A stretch of DNA of 64,000 nt from an uncultured bacterium. Its GTDB lineage: Bacteria; Pseudomonadota; Gammaproteobacteria; Burkholderiales; CAIKXV01. The notes beneath the pieces were generated by a model. The model worked only from the letters and a program-made list of their open reading frames with translations. It was not told the DNA's origin and ran no database searches. This document shows, in pieces, positions 45,802 through 55,859 of this stretch (within the stretch, counting starts at the first letter, position 1; each line of letters opens with the position of its first letter). The position numbers and the translations under genes were made by a program. Where the stretch lies: contig CAIQON010000108.1 of the NCBI GenBank assembly GCA_903873475.1, positions 1,064-65,063 of the forward strand, read 5' to 3'.

Positions 45802-46269
45802 TCAGGCAGGCTCGAACTTGACCACGCCGACACCCTCGGCAACGGTTTCGAACAAGGCCTTCACCGGCATCCCCACCCGGACGGCGTCCGGCGCGCAGTT
45901 GATGAGGTTGCTCATCAGCCGCCCGCCTTCGTCGAACTCGACGATCGCGATCACGTAGGGCAGGTCGGCGCGAAACGCCGGGTCGGGCGCACGGTGCACG
46001 ACGGTGTGCGAGAACACCGTCCCGCGTCCGGCCACCTGCACCCACTCGAAGGTGACGCTGCCGCAGTCGCAAGCGGCGCGCGTGGGCGCATGGTGTCGGC
46101 TGCACTTGAGGCATCGGCGCAGGCGCAGCACGCCTTCGGCGCAGCCAGCAAAGAACGGACGGTTGGCGTCGGTGGGCGTAGGTATCGGCTTCGACGGTGG
46201 CGGGCCGGCGGGACGCGCGGGCTTCGCAGCGTCCGCGGAGGGCTTCGTGCCAGGGACAGGATCGGTCAT
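45802..46269 (-). CDS. DUF35-type Zn-ribbon/OB-fold protein (thiolase partner)
   Basis: ...LRLRRCLKCSRHH.PTRAACDCGS...EWVQVAGRGTVFSHTVVH...VIAIVEFDEG.... The rubredoxin-like Cys4 plus OB fold is typical of DUF35. RBS GAGGAG. Confidence 0.75.
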   Translation of the reverse strand: MTDPVPGTKPSADAAKPARPAGPPPSKPIPTPTDANRPFFAGCAEGVLRLRRCLKCSRHHAPTRAACDCGSVTFEWVQVAGRGTVFSHTVVHRAPDPAFRADLPYVIAIVEFDEGGRLMSNLINCAPDAVRVGMPVKALFETVAEGVGVVKFEPA

Positions 46270-46279
46270 CGGAATCTCC

Positions 46280-47422
46280 TCATTTACCCAGGATCAGCGT
46301 GCAGGACAGCGACATCGGTCCACCGATGCCGTGTGCGAGTGCGAGCTTCGCGCCCTGTACCTGATTGATGCCCGCGTCTCCGCGCACCTGCCGCACCGCC
46401 TCCGGCAGGACGATGATGTGCGCGTTGCCCCAGGTCATCATGCCGCCAGTGGTGTTGGTCGGGATCGAGCCGCCGAGCGCAGTGTGGCCGTCGGCGAACA
46501 GACGTCCGGACTGGCCGCGTTCGCAGAACCCGAGTTCCTCCATCGCGATCAGTGCGGCGATGCTGAAGGCGTCGAACACCTGTGCGGTGTCGATGTCGGA
46601 CGGCTTCACCCCGGCGATGCCGAACGCGGCTTCCGCCGACTGCCGCGCAGCACCTGGCGGCAGGTCGTCGTTCTCGTTCAGGTGGTAGGGGCCATGGCCT
46701 TCGCCACCGCCGATCAGGCGCACCGCCGGCTGGCGCATGTCGCGCGCGCGCTCGAGCGTGGTCACGATCACCGCACCGCCCCAGTCGGCCACCGGGCAGC
46801 AGTCGAGCGCCCGCAATGGCGAGGCGATCGGCTGCGAGGCGAGAATCGCCTCGACGGTCAGCGGGTCGCGCTTCGGGGCATGCGGCTGGCGCCGGGCATG
46901 CTCGCGCGCCGCCACGCCCACCGCAGCGAGGTCTTCCGGACGTCCGCCATGGCGGTGCATCCAGCGCTGCGCGATCAGTGCGTACTTGCCGGGCACGGTC
47001 AGGCCGAACGGGTCTTCATAGTCGTCGGTCCAGGGACGGGCGGCGCGCATGGCCTGGATCTTGTCGCCCTTGAACCGCGCACCCCGGCTGTCGCTCTCGC
47101 AGACCAGCACCGTGTGCGCCTCGCCGGCGGCGATCGCGCGCGCGGCATAGAGCACGCCCATGCAGGGTGATGCGCCGGCGTCCTGGATCGCGGTGTTGAT
47201 GCGCGCCGGGATGTTCAGCGCCTCGGTCACCAGAGAGCTGAACATGAAGTGGGGATCCCCCGCCGGGCTGGCGGTGATCACGCCGTCGATGTCGCGCGGG
47301 CCGATGCCGGCATCGGCCATCGCAGCCAATGCAGCCTCGACCGCGAGGTCCTGTGCCGTGCGCACCCGGTCGGGCCCCACGGCGGCCTCGCCGACCCCGG
47401 CAAATGCAATCGAACCGTACAT
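46280..47422 (-). CDS. Thiolase-like (SCP-x/nonspecific lipid-transfer type) protein
   Basis: ...IAFAGVGEA..., ...AGASPCMGV..., ...NTTGGMMTWGNA..., ...LAHGIGGPMS.... ATG at 47422 after GAGGAA (alternative ATG 47434 overlaps the upstream stop). Confidence 0.8.
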   Translation of the reverse strand: MYGSIAFAGVGEAAVGPDRVRTAQDLAVEAALAAMADAGIGPRDIDGVITASPAGDPHFMFSSLVTEALNIPARINTAIQDAGASPCMGVLYAARAIAAGEAHTVLVCESDSRGARFKGDKIQAMRAARPWTDDYEDPFGLTVPGKYALIAQRWMHRHGGRPEDLAAVGVAAREHARRQPHAPKRDPLTVEAILASQPIASPLRALDCCPVADWGGAVIVTTLERARDMRQPAVRLIGGGEGHGPYHLNENDDLPPGAARQSAEAAFGIAGVKPSDIDTAQVFDAFSIAALIAMEELGFCERGQSGRLFADGHTALGGSIPTNTTGGMMTWGNAHIIVLPEAVRQVRGDAGINQVQGAKLALAHGIGGPMSLSCTLILGK

Positions 47423-47430
47423 GTCGTTCC

Positions 47431-48897
47431 TCATCGCGTGTTGCGTCCCAGGGTCAGGTTGAAGCCGGGGCGGCTGATGTGCACGGTCGTGTTGCCGGCG
47501 ATGCGCGACAGCTCGCCCACCAGGTGCACCAGCGAATCGCCGCGCGTCTCGTATTCTCGCACCGGGCCGGCAGCGGCACGCATGCGGTCGATGTCATCCT
47601 TGCGCAGCAGGTAGCGCAGCAGCAGGTCTTCCTCGGACAGGTCTTCCGCGCCCAGCTCGCGGCGGATCTGCGCCTCGCTCATGGGGTCGTGGTCGATCGC
47701 CGCCAGTTCGCGCGCGCGTGGCCGGTCGAGGATCTTCGCGCGCACTGCCGGATCCATCAGCGCCTCGACGTCGCCGCCGAAATGGCCGAGCGCATAACGG
47801 ATCGACTGGTCGGTTACCTGCGCATAGCGCTGCCCGGTCATCACGTTGAGCGCCGCCTGGCTGCCGACGAACTGCGACAGTGGCGTCACCATGATCGGAT
47901 AGCCGTACTCGGCGCGCACCTGCACCGTCTCCTCCAGCGCGGCAGGCAGCTTGTCCTCGGCCCCGACCTCGCGCAGCTGGTTGCGCAGGTTCGAGATCAT
48001 CCCGCCGGGCACCTGGTGCACGTACTGCGCATGGTCGTACTCGACCGGGCGCCCGATGGCGAAGCCCTCGCGGCGGGCCACCACCGAGAAATGGTCGACC
48101 ACCGGCCGCAGCAGCTCTTCGTCCAGCCCCGAGGTGTCGTAGCCGAGCGCGCGCAGGTTCGCCGCCACGTTGAACACGGACGGCAGCGAGGCATCTTCCG
48201 CGAGCGGCGGAATCGCGGTGTTCACGATGCGCAGGCCCTGCTGCACCGCCTCGAGCACGCACAGCGGGCCGAGGCCGGTCAGGCAGTGCGTGTGCATCTC
48301 GATCGGGATGCCACCGGCGGCCTCGATCATCAGCGGCACCAGCGCCCGCGTGCGCTCGGGGGTCAGCAACCCGCCCGGATCCTTCAGGCACAGCCGCCAG
48401 GGCTTGAGCTTCGCCGCGGCGCGCGTGCGCTCGACGAAGTAGCGGTCGGTATGCCGGGGCGAGATCGAATAGGTGACGTTGATGATCGGCCGCACGCCCG
48501 CGGCGGCGGCGGCACCGGCCCGGCGCTTCCAGACCTTTTCGTCGTTCCAGGCATCGGAGACGCGCACCTCCGCGATGCCCGCCGCCTTCATCACCCGCCA
48601 GAACAGCTCCACCATGCACTGCTGGTCTGATCCGAACAGGTTCAGGCCACCGCCATTCATGCGCAGCGGCGTGCGTCCGCCGCGCGCGGCGAGCAGCCGC
48701 ACGCGCTCGATCGGGTCTTCGCGCAGGTCGCGCACGCACTTGCCGATGAAGGACGGTGCCAGCACTTCGAGCGCGCCGAACCCGGCACGGTCGAGCCGGT
48801 CGACCACCGGCAGCATCATGCCGGTCGTCATCCACTCGGCCCACAGGCTCTGCTGGCCGTCGCGCAGCGTGACGTCGACGAATTCGATCTTTTCCAT
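47431..48897 (-). CDS. Carboxyltransferase of the pyruvate carboxylase B / oxaloacetate decarboxylase alpha type, without biotinyl domain
   Basis: MEKIEFVDVTLRDGQQSLWA... (HMGL-like TIM barrel), IEMHTHCLTGLG metal site, and a PYC_OADA-like region. It ends without an AMKM motif. Confidence 0.8.
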   Translation of the reverse strand: MEKIEFVDVTLRDGQQSLWAEWMTTGMMLPVVDRLDRAGFGALEVLAPSFIGKCVRDLREDPIERVRLLAARGGRTPLRMNGGGLNLFGSDQQCMVELFWRVMKAAGIAEVRVSDAWNDEKVWKRRAGAAAAAGVRPIINVTYSISPRHTDRYFVERTRAAAKLKPWRLCLKDPGGLLTPERTRALVPLMIEAAGGIPIEMHTHCLTGLGPLCVLEAVQQGLRIVNTAIPPLAEDASLPSVFNVAANLRALGYDTSGLDEELLRPVVDHFSVVARREGFAIGRPVEYDHAQYVHQVPGGMISNLRNQLREVGAEDKLPAALEETVQVRAEYGYPIMVTPLSQFVGSQAALNVMTGQRYAQVTDQSIRYALGHFGGDVEALMDPAVRAKILDRPRARELAAIDHDPMSEAQIRRELGAEDLSEEDLLLRYLLRKDDIDRMRAAAGPVREYETRGDSLVHLVGELSRIAGNTTVHISRPGFNLTLGRNTR

Positions 48898-48911
48898 CGG
48901 GGGCTCCAGCC

Positions 48912-50294
<1,383 letters not shown>

Positions 50295-50316
50295 GGTCAG
50301 GGCTTCGGCCTGATCA

Positions 50317-50853
50317 TCAGGATGCCCTCACCCGGAACAGCACCTGTCCATACTCGACCAGGGCGGCATCCTGCACGCAGATCTCGGTGATCACGCCGGC
50401 AAGACCCGCATGCACGGCGTTGAACATCTTCATCGCCTCGACCAGCCCGACCGTGCTCTCCGGGCCGACCGTCGAACCGATCGACACATACGGGGCAGCG
50501 CCCGGCTCCGACTGCGAGTAGAAGCGGCCGATCATCGGCGACACGATGGCGACCGTGCCGTCGTCGGGCCGTGCGGCAGCGGCAGCAGCCGGGGTGGCCG
50601 TCGCGGGCGCCGGGGAGGACCCGGCAGCCGCTGCAGGCGGTGCTGCAGCAACGCTCGACACGATGGCCGGCGGCGGCGCGCTGGCCACGGCCGCTGCAGC
50701 CGGCGCAAGGCCTTGTCCACCCTTTGCCAGCGTGAGCTTCAGGTCCCCGAACTCGAGTTGCAGGTAATCGAACGTCGAGGCGTTCAGGGTTTCGATGAGG
50801 CGGCTGATCTGCCGGACTTCGTCTTCGCTCAGCGGTACGTCTTGTTCGGCCAC
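50317..50853 (-). CDS. Biotin carboxyl carrier protein
   Basis: Ala/Pro-rich linker and the biotinylation motif VEAMKMFN (Lys codon 50428-50430). GTG start after AGGAG. Confidence 0.85.
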   Translation of the reverse strand: MAEQDVPLSEDEVRQISRLIETLNASTFDYLQLEFGDLKLTLAKGGQGLAPAAAAVASAPPPAIVSSVAAAPPAAAAGSSPAPATATPAAAAAARPDDGTVAIVSPMIGRFYSQSEPGAAPYVSIGSTVGPESTVGLVEAMKMFNAVHAGLAGVITEICVQDAALVEYGQVLFRVRAS

Positions 50854-50880
50854 GCGATTGCTCCTGGAGTTCGGTTCATG

Positions 50881-51573
50881 TCACTGCTGCAGCTTCGCGC
50901 CGTTGGCGGCCGTCTCCGGCACTTCCATCTCGCGGAAGTCCGGCGCCACGATCAGCACCGCTTCCGTCTTCGCCTGCACCGCCGCAGGATCGAATCCGGG
51001 CATCGCCTCGCGCAGCACCAGTCCGTCAGCGGTGACGTCGACGATCGCGATATCGGTGTAGATGCGCTTCACGCAGCGACGGGCGGTCAGCGGCGCGGTG
51101 CACGTCTTCACGATCTTCGGCTTGCCCTTGTTCGTGACATGGGACATCGCGATCAGGATGTTGGGGGCGCCGACCGCGAGATCCATTGCGCCGCCCACGC
51201 CGGGCACGGCTTCGCCCGGCACCTTCCAGTTGGCGAAGTCGCCGTTCTGCGCCACCTCGATCGCACCCAGCACCGCGTGGGTCAGGTGGCCACCGCGCAT
51301 CATCGCGAACGAGATCTGCTGGTCGAAGATCGCGGCGCCGAGCGCCAGGGTGCAGAAGCCCTTGCCTGCGCTGATCAGGTCGAGGTCGATGTCGTCGCCC
51401 TTCGGCACGGGGCCGACGCCCAGGATGCCGTTCTCGCTGTGGAGAAAGATCTCCTGGGTGCGGTCGAGGTAGTTCGAGACCAGCACCGGGATGCCGACGC
51501 CGAGGTTCACGTAGGCGCCTTCGTGCAGGTCGCGCGCGATGCGCCAGGCGATGCCGTCACGGGTGAGGATCAT
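50881..51573 (-). CDS. 3-oxoacid CoA-transferase subunit B
   Basis: ...GAYVNLGVGIP...LHSENGILG...GGAMDL.... ATGA overlap with subunit A. Confidence 0.9.
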   Translation of the reverse strand: MILTRDGIAWRIARDLHEGAYVNLGVGIPVLVSNYLDRTQEIFLHSENGILGVGPVPKGDDIDLDLISAGKGFCTLALGAAIFDQQISFAMMRGGHLTHAVLGAIEVAQNGDFANWKVPGEAVPGVGGAMDLAVGAPNILIAMSHVTNKGKPKIVKTCTAPLTARRCVKRIYTDIAIVDVTADGLVLREAMPGFDPAAVQAKTEAVLIVAPDFREMEVPETAANGAKLQQ

Positions 51574-52274
51574 GAATGGCCTCCCGGTTTTGGCAGCTTG
51601 ATCAGTTCGGGGTGGCGTTCGACCTGTACGACATGGTCGACGAAGATGCCGGGGGTGTGCACGTGTTCGGGATGGATCTCGCCTGCCGGCACGATGCGAT
51701 CGACTTCCGCGATCACCGTATCGCAGGCCGTGGCCATCACCATGTTGAAGTTGCGCATCGTGCCGCGATACATCAGGTTGCCGAAGCGGTCGCCGAGGTG
51801 GCCCTTGAGCAGCGCGAAGTCCGCGCGCAGCGCCTTCGCGAACAGATACTCGCGCCCGTCGATCTCGCGCACTTCGCCGCCCTCCGCGAGTTCGGTGCCC
51901 ACGCCGGTCGGGGTGTAGAAGCCGCCCAGGCCGCAGCCGCCGCAACGGATGCGCTCCACCAGCGTCCCCTGCGGCACGAGTTCGAGTGCGACCTCGCCCT
52001 TGAGGTAGCGCTCACGGAACTGCGCAGCCGACGGCGCGGGAAAAGAGGCGATCAGCTTGCGCGCGAGCCCGTCGCCAAACAGCGATCCGAGCGCGAACGG
52101 GCCGGTACCGGCGCCATTGCTCACGATGGTGAGATCGCGCGCACCGTGTTCGCGCAGGGCCTCGATCAGTTGCCCGGGCATGCCGGCATTGCCGAAGCCG
52201 CCGAACATGATCGTCGCGCCGTCGAACACCTTCTCTACGGCCTCCCTGCACGTGGAGAGCGTCTTGTCGATCAA
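51570..52274 (-). CDS. 3-oxoacid CoA-transferase subunit A
   Basis: ...DGATIMFGGFGNAGMPGQLIEAL...LTIVSNGAG...ELVPQGTLVERIR.... TTG start at 52274 preceded by GGAGGA (no in-frame ATG near the conserved N-terminus). Confidence 0.85.
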   Translation of the reverse strand: MIDKTLSTCREAVEKVFDGATIMFGGFGNAGMPGQLIEALREHGARDLTIVSNGAGTGPFALGSLFGDGLARKLIASFPAPSAAQFRERYLKGEVALELVPQGTLVERIRCGGCGLGGFYTPTGVGTELAEGGEVREIDGREYLFAKALRADFALLKGHLGDRFGNLMYRGTMRNFNMVMATACDTVIAEVDRIVPAGEIHPEHVHTPGIFVDHVVQVERHPELIKLPKPGGHS

Positions 52275-52317
52275 CCCTGTCCTCCGATCCCGGTGGTGTT
52301 GCGCTGGCGGAACATGC

Positions 52318-52347
52318 TTGACAAGAACCGCGCGCGATGCCGAATAT
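52318..52347 (+). promoter_or_regulatory. Candidate sigma70-type promoter in the divergent intergenic region
   Basis: TTGACA (52318-52323), 18-nt spacer, GAATAT (52342-52347), about 150 nt upstream of the Bug ATG at 52496. Pattern match only. Confidence 0.25.
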
Positions 52348-52495
52348 GCCACCGACCGCGTGCTGCATTCGTGCCGATTGCTGCCGAAGCCCGAGTTTGC
52401 CATCTTCGGGCCATCGGGTGATTGCCTCGCGGGAAATTCGTGATCACAGCAGGTTGCGTCTCCGCCGCCGCATGCAGGTCCATCCGAGGGCTACC

Positions 52496-53540
52496 ATGAA
52501 CATCGATCGCACCGGTTCAATCGTTCCCAGCCATCCAGGCCGGGCCCGGGACGGGTTCCCGCAGCGCACGCTCGCCCTGGCAGCCAGCCTCGCGACCGGC
52601 CTGGCGCTGACCATGGCTGCACCGGACGGCATCGCCCAGGGCGCAGCCGCATACCCGGTGAAGCCAGTCACGCTGATCCTCCCCTACGCACCGGGCGGCA
52701 CCATCGACATCCAGGGACGCCTGCTCGCATCCGGCCTCAGCGCCCGCCTCGGCCAATCCTTCATCGCCCGCAACATGCCGGGTGCCACCGGCGCGATCGC
52801 GACCGAGTACGTGGCGCGATCGGCACCGGACGGCTATACGCTGCTGTTCGGCTCGTCCGCACAGACCACCAGCGTGCCGATGACCGACAAGGTCAACTAC
52901 CGACTGGAGGATCTGGTGCCGGTCAGCGCGTCTGGCCGGGGCGCGATGGTACTCGCCATCAGCTCGCAACTGCCGTCGAAGACGCTCAAGGAGTTCATCG
53001 AACACGCGCGCGCGGTGCCGGGCAAGCTCAACTACGGCTCCCCGGGCGAAGGCTCCGTCGGCCACCTGGTTGCTGCGCTGTTCGTCGCGCGCGCAGGACT
53101 CAGCGTCGTGCACGTGCCGTACAAGGGCGGTGGTCCGGCGATGGCCGACCTGCTGGGCGGCCAGATTCCCATGCTCTTCGGAAACTCCGGCGAAGTCATG
53201 GCGAACGCCAAGAGCGACCGTATCCGCATCATCGCGGTGTCGACCGCTCAGCGCATGCGGCAACTGCCCAACATCCCGACCGTCGCCGAGTTCCTGCCGG
53301 GTTTCGAGATGACCGCATGGCAGGGGTACGCTCGCACCGGCGCGCACGCCGCGCGCGATCGTGGAAACGCTGTCGAACGCCATCCAGGCGCTGTCGAAGG
53401 AACCGGCCGTGATCGAACGCCTGGAACAGTTCGGAGTCGAATCGACCACGACCACGCCCGAACAGATGGCGGCGATCATCCGCGCCGAGCAACCGGTGTA
53501 CGCGGAAGCCGTGAAAGCGGCCGGCCTGGGCGGCCGCTGA
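52496..53540 (+). pseudogene. Bug/TctC-family gene with a +1 frame change at 53324-53330 (G4 run)
   Basis: The frame gives ...AYPVKPVTLILPYAPGGTID...FEMTAWQG, then junk. The +1 frame continues with TLAPARTPRAIVETLSNAIQALSKEPAVIERLEQFGVESTTTTPEQMAAIIRAEQPVYAEAVKAAGLGGR and stops at 53538-53540. Confidence 0.7.
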
Positions 53541-53597
53541 TGCCGCGTGTCGGCGGCTGCGAAGGGATGGAGGCGCTGCTTCGGCTGCTGCCAGCCG

Positions 53598-53634
53598 GGG
53601 CGCTGGCGCACGCAAACGGCACAGGCCAGCGCCC
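53598..53634. terminator. GC hairpin between convergent genes
   Basis: GGGCGCTGGC (53598-53607) / GCCAGCGCCC (53625-53634), a 10-bp stem with a 17-nt loop. It abuts the stop of the minus-strand kinase gene. No U-tract. Confidence 0.3.
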
Positions 53635-54246
53635 TCAAGCGCGAGCCGAAAGCGCCTTCACCACCTGCCGGGCCACGACCTCCGGGCCGGCGAGCCCGTC
53701 CACCACGATATCGGCGCCGGGCCGGACCCTTTCCCGCTGCACCCGAAGCAGCGCCTCCACGCCTTCCAGATAGTTCGCCAGGTACTCGCGCAGCCACGGT
53801 GCCAACGACGCCGGTGGCCCGTCGAATGTCGCCACCAGCTGCCGAACCTTGCGTGCGAGCGCGATATCGAGCGGTGTGTCGATCCATACCAGGGTGTCGA
53901 TGTACCGACCGGACTCGGCGTGCCATCGGCCGAAGGGCGTCTCGAAGATCACGTGTTGGCGCGGCGCGAGCTGCGCTCCCGTGAGCGGGTCCTGCACGGC
54001 ATGGCCCGCCTTCAGTCGGGCCAGCGCCTGCGAAAGTCCAGGCACGCGCAGCCGCTCGGGATCGGCGCCCGACAGCATCCAGTCGCAGGCCTCGGCAAGC
54101 GGCCGCTCGGTCATCTCCTCGAAGTGATCGAACGCGAGTACGTCGCGCTCGCCGAGCGCCTGCGCCAGCGCCTGCACCAGCGTGGACTTTCCGCCGCCCA
54201 CACCCGAGGCAACCGCGATCACCCGACGCGCTGCAATGTCACTCAC
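53635..54246 (-). CDS. P-loop kinase (uridine kinase/PRK-like NTPase)
   Basis: Walker A VIAVASGVGGGKST and later ...DTLVWIDTPLDIALARKV.... GTG at 54246 overlaps the upstream stop by 8 nt; the upstream part of the track ORF is Arg/Ser-rich and unlikely to be coding. Confidence 0.6.
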   Translation of the reverse strand: MSDIAARRVIAVASGVGGGKSTLVQALAQALGERDVLAFDHFEEMTERPLAEACDWMLSGADPERLRVPGLSQALARLKAGHAVQDPLTGAQLAPRQHVIFETPFGRWHAESGRYIDTLVWIDTPLDIALARKVRQLVATFDGPPASLAPWLREYLANYLEGVEALLRVQRERVRPGADIVVDGLAGPEVVARQVVKALSARA

Positions 54247-55033
54247 GTGCGGCACCGGCGCCGTCGAGGTAGAACGTCGCGAACGCCGCCCCACTTCGGC
54301 TGCGACCGCCCGAGACATGCCCGAGGCAGGCCTCCCGTGCCCCGCCGTAGAAACCGTCGAATGCGGCCGGCGGCACGCGGAAGTACGACAGGAGCCCCCG
54401 CAACTGCGGCTCGACATCGCGCAGATGGAGACCGGACGGATGGACGTTGAGGTCGAAGGACGCGCGCGGGTTGCCGTCCTCGCAGACCTCGAGATACATC
54501 AGCGGCTCCGGGCTGCGCGCCGCAGCCAGCGCCGCCACATCCATCAACAGGGCCGCCCCGCGCGCGTCGCAGAGTCGGCCGATGCGTTCCCCTATCGCTG
54601 CGGCGTTCACGCCGGGCAGATAGCGATAGCGCGCAATGGCCTGGCGACCGGGATCCGCCGGAGACCACTTCCACGCCAGATGCAGCAGGACCGGGCCGGT
54701 CGCCAAGTCGATGCGCCTCGCATACTCCAGATAGACCTTGAACAGCAGGCCATCGGGGCCTGCCTCGTAACCGAAGTGCACGATATCGGCCTGCAGCGCA
54801 TGCCGCTCGAACGCCGTACGTTCGGCATCCGGGAACCCGATCGCCCGAAAGACAGCACTCAACCAGGCGGTATCGACGACCGCCAGGGAAATCCCCGCCA
54901 GCAGACGCTCGCCGATCAGTTGGCCGGGCGCCAGCTTGAAGGATCGCTCCACTCCCTGCAGCGGCGCCGCGCGCAGGAACTCGATCAGCGGCGCGGTGCC
55001 GACCGGAACTACCGCTGGAAGCGTACCGTGCAC
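54239..55033 (-). CDS. Hypothetical protein (264 aa), repeated beta-hairpin-like segments
   Basis: Good GC3 coding signal. Recurrent strand-turn-strand-like segments (IVHFGYEAGPDGLLFKVYLEY; VLLHLAWKWSPADPGRQAIARYRYL; LMYLEVCEDGNPRASFDLNVH; LGHVSGGRSRSGAAFATFYLDG). I recognised no family. The GTG start overlaps the upstream gene by 25 nt. Confidence 0.5.
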   Translation of the reverse strand: MHGTLPAVVPVGTAPLIEFLRAAPLQGVERSFKLAPGQLIGERLLAGISLAVVDTAWLSAVFRAIGFPDAERTAFERHALQADIVHFGYEAGPDGLLFKVYLEYARRIDLATGPVLLHLAWKWSPADPGRQAIARYRYLPGVNAAAIGERIGRLCDARGAALLMDVAALAAARSPEPLMYLEVCEDGNPRASFDLNVHPSGLHLRDVEPQLRGLLSYFRVPPAAFDGFYGGAREACLGHVSGGRSRSGAAFATFYLDGAGAARE

Positions 55034-55821
55034 TTGATTCCAGCGGGGATGCGTCCTTCGGAATTCGCCAGATGCAGGCGCACGCCGAACGTGCCGCTGG
55101 CCGCGTCGACCACCCTGTCCACGACCACCACGTTCGCGCGATAGCTGCCCGGCAACTGCGAGCCGAACCGTACGTCGCCGGACATCCCCACCCGGATCCG
55201 CCCGAGCAGTTCCACCGGCGCAATCACCTCGACGTTGAGCGGGTCGATCCGCGCGATCTTGACGATCCTGCCATCACCCACGCGCTCGCCCGGCGCGAGC
55301 ATGCGCTCCACCACCACGCCGTTCACGGGGCTGCGGATGGTCCTCTGCTCGAGCACCTGGCGCTGCTGTGCGAGTTCGAGGCCGGCGAGGCGCATCTGGG
55401 TCTCGAGCTCATCCCTTTCGCTGGCGGAAATGAGCTGATTCTTGAACAGTTCCTCGCTGCGCTCCACCCTGCGCCTGGCGAACTCCTCCTGTGCGGTCTT
55501 GAGCCGGACGCTGGCCTCTTCAACCTTCGAGTGAAGCCGCGCGATCTCCTGGCCCTGGGTGACCACGCTGCCCCGCTCGACCAGCACCTCGTGCAGCGTA
55601 CCCTCCACCGGGCTGCCCAGGCTGGTGATCAGGCTGGGCTCGACCATGCACTCCATGGCATCGCCCAGCTGGCGACCGGTGTTCCCGCTCAGCGCAGGGA
55701 GCCGTGCCGGGAGTGCCGGCGCCTCGAGTCGCAGGGGCATGCCGCCCGGCGGCGGCGTCTGCGCGAACGCTGCGCCAACCGACAGCGCAACGATCAGCAG
55801 ATACGGAAGGGGTTGGACCAT
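55009..55821 (-). CDS. Short secreted membrane-fusion protein (HlyD/RND-adaptor-like)
   Basis: Signal peptide MVQPLPYLLIVALSVGAAFA. Lipoyl-like hairpin ...GTLHEVLVERGSVVTQGQEIARL..., coiled coil, ...IRSPVNGVVVERML.PGE... and a beta-barrel tail. ATG at 55821 after GGAG. Confidence 0.7.
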   Translation of the reverse strand: MVQPLPYLLIVALSVGAAFAQTPPPGGMPLRLEAPALPARLPALSGNTGRQLGDAMECMVEPSLITSLGSPVEGTLHEVLVERGSVVTQGQEIARLHSKVEEASVRLKTAQEEFARRRVERSEELFKNQLISASERDELETQMRLAGLELAQQRQVLEQRTIRSPVNGVVVERMLAPGERVGDGRIVKIARIDPLNVEVIAPVELLGRIRVGMSGDVRFGSQLPGSYRANVVVVDRVVDAASGTFGVRLHLANSEGRIPAGIKCTVRFQR

Positions 55822-55859
55822 GCTGGATACTCCACGAAAAGAGGCCGTGCCCGGACTGA

